From: Vicugna vicugna
Taxonomy: Eukaryota
Reading direction: 5' to 3'
Assembly: GCA_013265495.1 (NCBI GenBank)
Contig: MU058037.1
Span: 1,551,498 to 1,615,497 of the forward strand
DNA: 64,000 nt
Shown here piece by piece: positions 28,077 through 42,963 of this stretch. How positions within the stretch are numbered: the stretch's first letter is position 1; every line of letters begins with the position of its first letter. Made by a program: the position numbers and the translations under genes. The notes under the pieces were generated by a model. The model ran no database searches, was not told where the DNA came from, and saw nothing but the letters and a program-made list of their open reading frames with translations.

Positions 28077-31000
28077 TCAAACAGTAATAATATCCTTCCC
28101 ATATAAGATATTTTCTGATATTTCCAAACTTGGAGGTTTATAGAGCAATTTTTAATTTTTCCTATTTTTCCAGAAAAAATGCAAAGGCTCAGAGAGGTTA
28201 AATGACTTGTCTAAAGGTTACACAGCTAGACATGGGCTGTGGATCTTCTAAATTGTGCTCTAGTCCATTTTCACCATACTATGTCATATAAAAGAAATCA
28301 TCTCAGCATGTTAATTGCTTTTAGTACTCAAGACAATAGGCATAATGTTAACAATGCTAATGACATACCATTCTTCTGCCAGTTTACCTAATTCATTCAC
28401 AACAATATCTGCACTGCTTAAAAACAAAGATGTGTTTAAGAACTACCACCTCTGTGAAGGTAATGTGAGCTTAAGAACCAAATCAGCACTATACAAACTG
28501 ATATTGTAAGAATTTCTAACAGCTTGTTATTAATTTAAAATACACCTTAATGAAAATAATTACTCTCAGTATCTAAACTTTACGTATCTTATTTAATAGT
28601 AAAAAAGATACATTCATGGAGCTCATTCTAAATGGAAGTATCAAAATTTCATTATACATCAGCAACACTTCCTGTGGAGAGGGTGGAGAAACCTAATCAT
28701 ATACAGAGTTTAAGAATGAGATTTAAGGTGATGGCAAATTAATTTTTTTCTTCTGAAGGATTCTGAGGAGAAAAATCTAGTAATTTATGGGATCCCTAAA
28801 ACTGTTACTCCCACATAGGATTACTCACACAACCCAGGGGATTGGGCCCATAAGAGTGGAATTTTGGTAGAAATATTCCACTTAGGATTGGTTAAGATCA
28901 ACCTTGTTTATTTTACAATAATTTCACTGACTGGCTATGAAATTTCTGTTAGAAAAGCTCATGTTCTAGAACATGACTATGAATGTAAATGCAACATTTC
29001 TTGTGTATCATTAACTTTATTTCTTCCTAGTTCTTAAATCCAGTTCTATACTAAACAGTGCCATGAATGCTATCAAACCAGATATAATTTAATTTTATGA
29101 CAAGTGCCAAGACTGAATTCTTAAATCCACAGAATAAACTGATTATAGCAAGAGGGATGAAAATAACATTTTTAATTGACGTATTGAGTCTTTTCAGATG
29201 GAGATGAGCTTATAAAACTAATGTTAATTCTAGCTTCAGCTCAGCAAAAATACTATATTTTTATACTATAGTATACTACACTTCTGTACCGGTACGCAAA
29301 TGTCTAGATTGGGCTTGTACAAATGAAGAGAACTTTATTCTTATTATTTGAATTATGTCAAAAGCAGTAAAAAACATTCTCTGGACTGAATCAGCAAGCT
29401 GTCTTATGTACTTAACTAATTACAAAGTGAGGCTGCCATTTACACTGCCATTCACTCTTATTTTTTTTAAATAAAACTACGGCTTATTACCAAGTTGTAA
29501 CTATAAAAGTTAGTTCTTCAGCAACACAAAGAAAATGATACAAAATCCAGGCAGAACTTTATTTTTGGCTAGCTAAAAACTTTTCCTGAACAAATTGCCT
29601 AGTACTTGTTACTGTTAGTCCTCTAGCAAAAAGAAATTGACACTGCAACTAACTTGGAAACAGCCCTAATGAACTTGAGGTATTGGAGTAAAGTTATGCC
29701 TATGTATAAACAGGCAGACATTTCTATCAGGGCTGTGACATAAATGTTAATGCAGCTGAGATCAGAGGGTGATTCAGCCCTAGTTAATTCACCATGCTTT
29801 ATTTATATGTATACACCCCGTGGCAGAAAATGGGAAGGGCTGGCATTGCTTACTATAATGATATGAAAGCAGGGCCTTACATCAATGAGGAAGATTTATT
29901 AGACATGTCTATATGGAATACATTAAATAAAGTTGGACTAAGAAAAGTACAAACCAAAAACAAACTTTGCATTAGAATGAACTGATACATGTGTTGTATA
30001 TGTAAGTGTGTGCACATTTGTGTCTGTGCCTGTATGTACATGTACTCACATCATGAGCCCCTGAATAACTCAACGTATTAATTTATTCGGCTGTAAAACT
30101 TTTTAAAAACCTTTCTTAATGTTGTACATCTATACATGTATATAATAAACCTATGCTTTTGCTCTAAAAAGGATTTAAGGGAACAGATGAGAAGTTAGAG
30201 CACTGCTTTAGTGAACTTTCTTTATACTTAATGGCTCATAGTAAAATTAATAAGAGAAATTAGTGTACTTAAACTTCACAGTTGTGCAAAGACCTACAAA
30301 TTATTGATTTTCATGACAGAAAAAGAAATTTGGTTAAGTAAAAAAAATTCACTGTATATTGATAATGAAATTGCCTATAGTAAGACATACAGTAAAAAAC
30401 TGACCAAATTTTACTCACTTCACACACATGACTGTTTTCTCTTTTAGAGAAAAAGTCAATTTTTTTTGTTTTGGGGTTTTTAAAATTTTTGGGGGGGGGC
30501 AATTATACCCTCCCCCTGAAAAAATCACTTTCACAATCACATTTTTTTTTCTGGAATAAATGTGTTAAAAGAATTATAATCACATGAAAAGACTTCTACC
30601 TAATTTGACTAGTCCTACCGTTTTTAAGATGAGAAAATTTTTCTTACTTACAATTTAAATTATCACTAAAATGCTGTCTACATAAAAAAATTAATATAGG
30701 AAAAAAGAAATGTTCAGATGAGTTAAATTAGGTGAACCACATTCATCCACAAAATGAGAAAATGGGTAAAAAAGTGCCATGACTGTATCTATAAAAGAAT
30801 GACATATGTAAAAATTTTTATGACTATAATTTTAAGTCAAACCAGAAAATGCAGGTAATTCACACAAGGCTATTCTACAAAGGGACTTTGATGCATGTAT
30901 TGGTCTAACTATGCTGTATCAAACAATTCTGTGACTGGGTAACTAATAATGTGATTTTAAAATATGCTCTTAAATTACACACTAGACTAAGAATCACTAA

Positions 31001-32706
31001 GAACTAAAATGAGAGATAATATACTCTGATTATGAATTTTACTGACAAGTATGGAGCTTTCAAGCAATACTAATAAAACAAGTACGACTATGTTGATACT
31101 TCAACCTCTTACATTCTCCTATATTTTTAAATAGCAAGTTTAAGCTTTGTACTGACTTCATTATATTGCTGTAATCATATCTGCAGCACACTCAGAGGAC
31201 AGAACTGGGTCCTTTTACTCCTGTCTTCTGAAGTGCATTTTAAATACTTTTTGTCACGGAAACACTTTCTTTATTACAAATTCCTCCCTACCCAAGAGAC
31301 AAAGAAAGGACATTAAAAAACTGCAGAGATTTGCTGAAAATAATTTTCTGATGTTTGTCTGTATATGGAGCCCTCTGAAGAATAAGGCCTATTTAAATGA
31401 TCATTTGCACTGAAATAAAAATCTTTCCAATTAAAATGAAAACAAACCAAAAATGAGTCATTTCCTACTTGAAACACACATGCCTTTATTGCTCTTCATG
31501 CAATAAAACACTCTCCTTCATCATTCAGAAAGTCTGACACTACCTCAAAAAAATTAAAATGCAACTTGTATTTGACTAAGATTTTTGGATAGATTTGTAC
31601 ATCTGATTATAAACTAACATAAGACTGAAATTATATATTAGAAAGATCTGTGAAATGCCAGCTTAGTAAATTATATCTTCTCACAAACCATGTTCTCACA
31701 ACTACATTCAATTCTCAAAAACAAGAACTAAAATGTTGACAATATTGACTAGTTTTTTTTTACTGGATGACAACATAGTGTTTGCACACATGCCTGTTGT
31801 CACGCAGCATTGAGATCGTAAAATGTCAGAACGATCATATCCAACAGAACGAAACATCAGATGTACTGAAGTAAATAATAAAAATTAATTAAGGAATTTT
31901 GGTTGTCTTATTTAATGAAGAAATTTAATGTTACTTATAGCTTGAAAACAAGAGATGCTAAATTATTGTTTTTGAATGACTGCACAACCAATTTAAAATG
32001 TGAATCAAATACTTTGTGATTGGTATTAATTATCTCCATTTAGTGCTGGCCCTTTTCCATAATTTTTGTATTCCACAAGGCTGGAAATCAGAATGCTTTT
32101 GGACAGAATGCGTGACGGCAAAGTTATATTCTTCCACCTGCCAGGAATTTCAAATAGGAGTTTGGAATGTAAAGTGGAGATACAGCCTCCAAAAATCTGA
32201 AAATAGACTTTAAAGGTAACTCATGCTCTTGCAAACTCTCTCTACTTTCTGAAAGAAATATTAATGAACAAATCAAGTATAAATTGTAGATACAGAGGTA
32301 GTAGGGGGAAAAAACACTCCCTCATCATCATTCAAGAAAAAATATACCTCCCTCATTACATACATTTAAGAAGGCATAAAAGTTATCCATAAGTTTCTCT
32401 TTTAGAAAAAAAGTATGAATGCTTCAAAGGAACCTGAGATTTTCTGGGGCTTCTTAGATAAAGAGCCTGACTTATTTTTTACTTACTAAAATAATCCTAG
32501 TTGCTATTTTATATTAGTTTCATATTATTTCCTATTATATGAGATAATGCTTATAGGCTATTTACTGTATATTGTGTTTAATACAAATTAGTTACTGCTA
32601 TTGTTATTAACTAGAGTGCAGTCTGTATCATACAATAATTTTCCAGAATGTGTTCAAAATTCTTAACTGAGAAAGTATTCCAGGTGTTCCTTGAGGATTT
32701 ACTTCA

Positions 32707-32946
<240 letters not shown>

Positions 32947-34480
32947 TTATCATTTTAAAATGATCTATTTCTGCAAAGTTTTTGAACTTGGCTGAAATCA
33001 AGAAGCATGTTATTTAGCACATGAATAGTCCTTTGAATTTCCAAAAACAAATAATTTATTACTTTAGAGGTATTCACTTAGTTCCTAACTCACCTTATTG
33101 TACAGCATAACCACGTAACTATTTGTAAGGTAATAGTACCATGTAGTGTTTCGTAATGGGAAGATTTATCTCACAGTCAGAAACTCTTTTACATTAAATT
33201 TGCTTTGTTAGAATCCTACCTTTGAAAGAAAGATAATAAAGAGTAACTTTCAGAAGAATTAGTTCACTCACATCCTGATTGATACACAAGAAAGATACTT
33301 CAGATCTTTTCCCAAAAAAGATATACCATACTCCTAAGTTAGTAGAATGTCAAAGATTCTCAGAAAAGGTTACAAAAATGGAGTATGAAAAGTTAATATG
33401 AGAGAGTATTTTCTAGGAAAGTGTACTTTCTGTGTAAATGTAAACACAACTGTCTTCTCAAAGTCATTTTATGGTACATCTTCAAAAGTATGGTGATTAG
33501 TGTGACATAATCATTTCACTTTCCATAGGCATATTACACATATATCATTCTTTAAAATAATCTTCAGTTGCATACCTATAGATCTCATTTTCATGCCTGC
33601 ATTTAAGAATTAAATAAGTTTTTAAAAAAATTAAGATACTCTATATACTGAATTAAGCAATACATCAGGATGCATTAATTTAAGAGCATTCCCAATCCTA
33701 AGCTTCACAGCATTTGGAAATGATACTGTGGTTTGAGAAATTATTCTAAAGTGAAATTAAAATTCACAAATTTTCACGTTTATCTTACAGATCTTACCGA
33801 TTAGCTACATATACAATAACATAATAAAAACAAGAATTTCAATGCAATCGCAAACACAAAAATAATGATCACAGAATGAAACTGTTATCTTCACATGACA
33901 AGATGTTGCCATTTTAGCCAGTATGAAAACACCTTTGGCATATCTATATAGATCCACAGTTCTATTATTTTAACACGTATGCTGGGCACTCAAAATATGG
34001 CATAGTACAACTATTTTATATTATGACAATACTTTTGTACAGATAAACAAAATTTGCTCAAAAAGCCAAGCATAAATACAATGTACAATGTAGGTCACTG
34101 GGGCAGGCTACATAATTTATGACTCAGTTCACGGTTTTAGACCTTCCTTTTTACACAGCTCACCTTAATAGCTTGAAATCACACATCCTGCCAAAATGAC
34201 GGTTAACTTTTAATCTATGTGAAATAGAAATTAAAGAGAGAGAGAAGGGAAAAATAATTGATAATTTATTTTGGGACTCTATAATATTCTATTTCATATG
34301 ATGTAAAAAAAAAACAAAGTTTACATGTTGAGGAATTTTGATTTATTTTAAACACACACAGTAAACACTATTATGTTTATGCTGATTTTGGTGTAGTGTC
34401 CAATCAAACTATGCGTTTCTTTTAGAAACAAAAATCCTGGCAATGGGAAATACTGAGATTAATAGGTAATCAGGAGTTAC

Positions 34481-34504
34481 CTGCACAGATGAACACCACG
34501 AAAC
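34481..34504 (-). other. Candidate in-frame 24-nt CNKSR2 microexon (VSWCSSVQ)
   Basis: ttctttatttcctcag|GTTTCGTGGTGTTCATCTGTGCAG|gtaact on the sense strand, inside a phase-0 intron, no stop codon. Prediction only. Confidence 0.4.
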
Positions 34505-37500
34505 CTGAGGAAATAAAGAATTATATTCTAAGGATGTATTACGTGCCTCTACAACAGATCTTTGAGTAATAGATTCTTGAGATCAAGTGTTTAGACCCTG
34601 TGATGTGACTCTGCTTATAACCGTTTTCTCTCTTTCAGGACATTTTGGTGTTAAATACACATGATACTGAACAGTAAGTCTGACGAAAATTTCATCATTA
34701 TAGAAATGTAAAGAAAACATTCATTACACAGTACATTATATTCCAAAACTTTCTATAACAGATGCACTGTGAGGGAAAAACTTATATTCAGTATGTTTTT
34801 TAAATGCTCTAATATTACTCTTATTTTAAACTAACCTAATACTACAAGTAAACTTAAAAAATGAGCATTAAAAAATAATCAGCTTAAAATTTTATTCTCT
34901 TTCCTCTTTTTTAGGGTCACTGCTACTGTTTTGAAGACTTCTTTCCTTTTTATTTTACCATCTATAGAACTAAAGATAATTTTTCTTGGTATGTACCTCT
35001 CCCTGCCCTCCCCAAAGAGGAAGGAAGAAAAAAAAAAGGAGAAGTAGTAGTCAATGGTTACCAGAATATTTTAAGTACCTCTGAAGTGTGAGGTAAGGAC
35101 CAACAAAATATTTTATTCTATTACTACGATTGTCTATTTAGCATACTTGTGCTTTTCCCCTTTCAGGAAATTTAAATATTAGCCACGTCAATGTCCTTCA
35201 AATTGCTAACTTCTCTAGGTTTCTGTTTTCAGCAAGGAGTTGCTATTAAGGTCCTCAGTTAACATTAATAGCTAAATTGGCAAAAACATAGAAGAGTAAG
35301 ACTCTTAGATATACTTAAATAGATAACAGGTTTGATTGTCCCAGCTGGTTCAATTAATTGAAGTGGCTGGAAAAAACAACTTGCTCTTTCAGAGAAAAGA
35401 GAAACTAGTCAATTCTCTTGTTTAACTCCACTGGCTAGTTGTTTTATTCATATAAAACATTTCAATTGTTTTATCGTGTAGATATCACCCAGTTAATTAG
35501 TATGCCTTGTACCAAGTAAAACACATGGTAAATATTAAATATATTCAGTATATTTTTGTCTACCAATAGTACTATTTTTGTCAAGCTAATCCAAGCTAAA
35601 AAGTAGAGATTATTCTTGAGAATCTCATTTACAAAAAGACATTAAGCAATGGAAAAATAAAGTATGGTAAAATAGAAGCTTCATGGGAAAATGGAAATAC
35701 CTACTTAACCCAAAAGGAAGTCTCTGTGATAGTTTAAAATTAAAATCTCTTAAAAATGTTCCAACTTTGGACAAGAATTGAAAGGGTACAAAATTAAATG
35801 ACTAAAAGAATGAAAAAGGCATTAAAGAACATTAGAAAGGTAGGTAAAATGTGACTAAATCAAGCACAGAATAAATGATGCTATTAGGTGAAATTATCAG
35901 TGAGAAATTTCTAGTTGTAACAAGTGACATTAAAATTACACCTACTACCAATAACCATTTAAGTATGTGAAAATACAAAAGATGTAACAAATACAGCTTC
36001 CCTCAAATCAAAAAGGGAGTTCTCTCAGCATTTAATCCAAAATTTAATAGACATATTCCTTCCTTTCAGAAAAAATACCTAAAGATGTGAGTATAATAAT
36101 ACAGAAGGATAGTTTCTCCTAACTTGGCAACATTTACCTTTAATTACTTATCCATAATATAGTATAAGAAAAGTAGTTACCATTGTACTGTAAAGAATTT
36201 CCAATTTAAGGAAAAAGAGTAGAAATAAAGGGCAATATTTTTAAATTTTACCATCTGGTCATTTTGATTCTTTTTCTTATACTGGTAAGATCTGCATTGG
36301 AAGACAATTAAGAACTATCATCACTTATGGATAACATATAAGGGTGTTTTAAGACTGCATCTTGTTACTCAAGTAAGCATGAAGCTTCAGTCTAACTTGA
36401 TCCATGAAGATATGCAATCAAGTATGACATGGATTCATTTTGGCTTCTATTCAAATGGGTCTATTTCCTGGAAGGCCCTTTTCATAAAGTTTATTTTTCA
36501 TATTTAAATGGTCCTACTGACATAAAGCTTTCCTTCTACAAATTCAGCGAGGCTCCAACAGGGAAACATATTTTGCATATATCTTATTACTCTTCTAAAA
36601 AAGTCTATGATAGATTTTGGGGGGCACTGGCATGAATCTCTTAAAATATCCAATTCTTAAATAAAATTATCATATGCATCTCTTCAAATATACATTTATA
36701 ACCTTAGGTCAATTAATGATAACTTACTACTGTCAACAGGACTCAGAAATCTATTAGGTAAAACGTACACATACATTTTTAATTGTCAATTTGAACTATA
36801 TAAATACCTTCAAATTGTATCCCACAATACGGTACGGCACAAATTTTCCTGAATCACGAGTGATGACTTTAGTAAGAATATCCTACTCATCCAGTTTAAA
36901 CATCATTGGAAAACTGTGATTATTGTAAAATAAATTTTTCAGCTTTTGTAAGGGATTACTGAAATCTCACTATAAATACTCTGATGGCCCGGGTCTTTTC
37001 CTTGTGTCCCCAATTTTAACGTATCTCAGGTAAATGAGCACATCTGGAAGGTACCTATGTTTTACCTACAGTAAAATCCTATGGTCTTAAAGTCTATGAG
37101 AAAAGAACACTTATACTTAAGAAACTACATTTGATGTTAAAGGTTTTACTTGAAACATTTTACATTTCAACAACTCTTGGTAAGCATATCTTAAGTTGCT
37201 CCTCTGGTAAGTGACCCAGCTTTCATAGAGCTATATAAAGTCTTGAGTGAAGCCAATAACATAAACACAGCCTCAATGTTAAAGATTTAAACAGTGTATT
37301 ACACATTAGGTAGTTATCTCTAAAATTCACTAATGGAAAGATCACAAAGAGTTTGCTTTGCCTTCCAGGGGGAAAATACTCATTGAAATATGAACGATTA
37401 CATCAAGTATAAAACCTGGCCATTTATTTTATTCACGCTTGTGCTTACAGACTCAAGTGGATCACAATACCCCATTATTTTAGCATAGAACATTCACACA

Positions 37501-40500
37501 AGTCCTTACTCAGTTCAAACACATTTTTATTATAATTCTCAATACAAGTACCAGAATATTGTTTTACGTTAGCAACTCTGAACTATCTAAACAAATGCTC
37601 CAGAGAAAATGTATTCTGGATTTTGGGAGGCAAGACGTTGCATACAATCTTGTAAGTCTCTCAATCATATAAACAATGTTAGATCTAACTTGAAAAAATG
37701 TTGGGTGTAATTTTTCCTGGGTAAGCTTCTCTTAAGTAGAAAATTATTTGAAAAGAACCTAAGCAAGAAAAACACATGTATTCAAAATACTCCCCCTCTT
37801 AGTTCTTTCACAGCTTTTTCTAGAATCCAAATTTATAAATACAAAAGATTTGAGTCTTCTTTTTAAAGCATGTAATCTTCCCTTTCCTATCAGACTACAA
37901 AGAAAAAAAACATTTTTTTCCGACCACAGATTTGATCAGAAAACTGTATCTATATAGGTTAAAAATAGATGTACGTGCATAAAAATATGTATGCAGTTAC
38001 ACAATATACAACTAATACAGACTTTATAGAGCTGGATTACAAAATGGCTTTTTTGACTTAATCATCAATATTTGTGCATTGTACTGAGACTACCACTAGT
38101 ATATTTATTCTTATGATGTCCAGTCTTATTGGCATAGTTAAACTGCAACATTAAAACTGGACTTCCAATTTTTTCAATTCATAGTAAACATCATTTTTAG
38201 GATATTAACTAAAGAATAGGAAGCTAAAGAATAAACTACAAAATAATTTAACATTTTGAAAGCATTTGGCTGAAAAACACAAATGTGATTTAGATCCTTT
38301 AATTAATTTGCTTAAACTTTGGTGAACAAAAATTTGATGTGACAACTGCTTGCAGCTATTTACTAATTTGAGCATGTAAAACATATAATTGTTTCTGTCT
38401 CCCAGTCAGCATGATTACATTTTTAGGTAAAACTTATTTTCTTCTGTAGTGTCATATCTAATATTAGTTATCTTCCTCTACAAAACATGCTTTCAAAACA
38501 AAGCTCTCAGAGACATAGAAACTTTGCTACTAATGGTTTTTTTCAGTCATCCCAACCCATAACTTTCATATTAAATAAATTTTATTATTGCTTATGTTTT
38601 CTGATTTTTACAGAATGACTTCAACCATTCATATGTGTATGCATTTGAAATGTAACATAATCAATTAGTGTTTTTCAGTTGTTACACCAGTTGAGACAAA
38701 ATCAACTACTATGACTACTTGCCTTCCACTTCTTTTTCTGTTCAAATGTATTTAATTTAAATGTCCTGTAAAAATGGCATCAAGGTAATGCTAAGCAATA
38801 AAATTTAAAAAGAAAAGCACAAAACCACACCAGAAACTATCACATCCATATAAGAGATTTATGGATTAGAATACAGTTTAGGAACAATTCTAATGATACA
38901 AGCTTGATGTTATTTTATATGAAAATGTGTTTAATGAAATGTGTATCAGTACACTGAATCCAAGCACTAATTTTAGTGATTATTTCTGAGAAGCTTCTCA
39001 CCAAAAAGGTGGGTCCCTAAATGTATTAAAAAGTTGCTGATTCTCAGTGATGATTTCAATCAACATTCTTGTCAGTGTCCAGCCAATTCTCCCATACATC
39101 TCTTGTAAGAAGAAAATGACACCACCCATGCAAACCTGTGACCTAAGCATGCTAACTTAAACAAATATCAAAAAATATACCTTCAGGCTTACCCATAATT
39201 CCCTGGGATTTTTTTCATCGAATTGAAAGAACTTGACTATAAGCAATCACCATGCTTACCAAAATCCAGGATGTTTGTAGAGGGTGCTACTAAGGACTGG
39301 TTTTAAAAACAGCTCTCAGAAAGCAAGGAATCCCTGGTTTGCTGTATTAGAATAAAAGATTCTACCTCAGGCAAAACATCTCTACTATAATATAAATGGG
39401 TGCAGATGACAACAGACTTCAATTCCAGGTTAAATCTGCTTATATTATTTGACTAAGATATCTTTAAGTCTTTAAGTTCTATTGCAAAATGTTTGAGAAA
39501 TCAGGAATTTAACAAAAAAGCTGCCAAATTTCATGAAATGTACTAATGAAATTGCTCTGTGAGCATGAAGTTGAATTGTATGCTTTTGCTTATTTGGCTA
39601 TAATTCCATGAGTGATTTTCATGGAATCCAAATCAAAATTCATCATTGCAGTTGATTAATAATGGAAGTTACTATTCATTTTAAATACTTTTAGAAATAA
39701 AACTAATTTCACTAAAACATGATATTCCTTAAAAACCTTCTACCTTAGGGTAGATAAGTTTATATTTTATTTGTGGAGGTACAAATTATTTCCTTTTTAT
39801 TTTAAAAAATAATTATTCCTTTGTTAGAATAAAGTTTTTTTTTTAGATGTATGTATTAGTGTCTATCTCCACACTATACAAACTTTGTCACATTTTATCT
39901 GAAAAGGCTAGTAGGTAAACTATGCCTGGTATAGTATAAAAGAAAGATTAAACAGACATATTGAGGTTAAATAAATGCCACAGATTTTCTTTTCATAACC
40001 TCTATTTCAAATAATTCTTAGTAGAATATTGGTATATCCCAATTAAAAAAAGAAATAACTTAGTGCCCAGACACTCAGGTTTGAACACTGAAGATTTATA
40101 CTTAGGTGAGTTAATGGGCAGTTTAGCTCCAACATATTCGTACAAATACTAGAAACAGGAATACAGTAAGAATGGTACTTATGTCTGTACAGAGGATTGT
40201 TACTACATTAAGCACTTATGTTTCACATCCAAGGTCCTTTCTCAGCTACTAGGAAAAATGTGTGGCCTCAGGCAAAGTCACAAAGAATCCAGAACTACCT
40301 GTAAGACTTTCTTATCCTACTATCTCTTTGACTTTTCTCCCTCTGAAAGCAGTCTACTTTCAATCTCCTGATCCTGGAACCCTCAGGTTTTTCACATCTT
40401 TGGCTGTATCAAAATCTACATTCTCTAAAAATTCTGACCATTATGCTTCTGGTGTTTTTGCATTTTAGCACAGGCCAAAGCTGTAAGATCAAAAAAGAAC

Positions 40501-42633
40501 TCTGTAATGGTACAATTTCAGGTCTTTAAAATAGATTCCAGGGAGATTCGGTGGTGGTGGTGTGGTATGCTAGAGGACTTAGCCATTGTCCTTACTCCTA
40601 ACACTTTGTTTTACCACCACTTGGAAGTATTTAATTAAAACTACTACTCTTCCTTCTACTCTGTACAAAGCCAATTTTCAAAGAAGTTTAAAGTAGGTTT
40701 TTCCCCCCTGCCTCCCCTGCTGATAGTATTGTTTATCTATAAGGGGTTAAGCTTGCACAATACGTTTCAGGTAAACTAAGTACAGTTGAAATAACAAATT
40801 TACAAAAATGTTGATACATATAAGCGCTATGTGTCGATTTTCTCTTTTTCTGATTTCCGCATTCTGAAAAAGCAAATTTACAAATATACTCAGAGTAACT
40901 GAACAGGCAATAAGGAATAAATATAATTAGTGATCTGATAAGGCACAGCTCTTGGCATTTAGGAACCTAGAAACAGTGCCTTAAACATCCATTGTAATTC
41001 TAATTAAGGAATGATGTATTGTAACTTAAAAAGTTAAAGTCTTTGTTCTCTAGCTTTGCATATATACACCAAATATATTTGTACCAAAAAAGAAATGTTC
41101 ATCTTCCTATTAGCCAGCATTTTAAATACAAGTGATTCTTAGCTAGATACTGTCATTACCTTAATTCTCCCGTTTGTGCTTGTGGAAAAGAATCTAAAAC
41201 TGGACTAAATTATCAGCTTATTTTCTAGAGGTATTTCCTCAAATAGAGTTCATGAATCAACAAGAAACTAGTGTCTTTTTGATGTTCAACATGAAACAGA
41301 AGGGACTAGAGAGAAGTTGTTAAGTTTAACCACACGTATAGAGAAGAAAACCTAATGGCTGAAAAGTGTAGGTCTCTTCTTCAAGGTTCCCACCTCTCAG
41401 ACTCTGAAGAAGGATCTTTGGGGAAGACATGTCAATAGAAAACTATAGAGTGGAACAACAAAGCAACTTATAATGCAGCGAGAAAATAAAATGATGTGAT
41501 GGGAAAGTCTGATCTGCTAATCTATGAATTAATGAGTCAAACACTGAGCTCTGAACTTTAATGATCATGAAAAATATTTCATAATAAATATATACTGCAA
41601 ATCAAATGTATTTGGACATACTAAAATAGTTTTACATATATTTATTTGAAAAATAGATTCACATTAAAAATTTAACCTAACAGAACATTTTTGTATGTTT
41701 TTATGTTATTTAAGTATAATGCAACTTTGAAGTCAATAAGTAGGAAAGCTTTGAACAATGAGAAATCATTATAATCTGTAATACTATTCATGTGTGAAGA
41801 ATTTGGGATTTCAGGGAAAAATGTCTAATAATGGTATAAAGTACTAATACAGAATTTAATAATAATTTACATAGCAGTGATAACAATGGCATTTTTATAT
41901 ACTGCTTTTCTTTCTGTTCTTTCAATCTGAACAATGGGCAATGTTTTATTTCAATTGGCAATTCAAATTTTTAAAAGTTAAACTTCTATAAAAGGTAATG
42001 GTCTCCTATTTCAAAAATGTGAGTTTTGTAAAGAACAAAAATTTCTTCTATGATGTGTTTAAAGATTATATCCTGACTGAAATGGGAGAAAATGTATTAC
42101 TTCTTGTCTTTCATCATTCAGAATATTTTTATAACTTCCTAGATACCTCTAGCTCTAAATGAAAGTTAACTTTAAAGTGGTGTTTCATGCTGAAGAAAAA
42201 TGCAGGAATTCTAACGCAATAATTTCCCTATTTTTGCCACCATACATGGTGGAAAAGAGAAAAACAATCAGTCAGGAAGAATGTAATAGGTGCATTTTAA
42301 TCACTGTCTAAAACTTTTTTACCTACTGTTTATCAACAACTATTCTTATCTTATGTCCTTATTTAAAATAATTCTATAAACTGGCATCTAGTTTCTTCAA
42401 GAAGTATATTCGGATATAAATTTTAAATAGAAGACTACATCATAAAATGAAACTTCTCACTTTCATTTCTATCCATATTTTGGCTTAAAATAATTTGTGT
42501 TTTTTTTGGAATTATGCTTTAAATATTTATAAATGACAATTTAAGTGATTAAATTTATCATTTGGGTTTTAGTTATTGTAACTTTCAGATTTCATCACAA
42601 TTAAGCCTATTAGGATAAGCTGTGAAGAGATCA

Positions 42634-42963
<330 letters not shown>

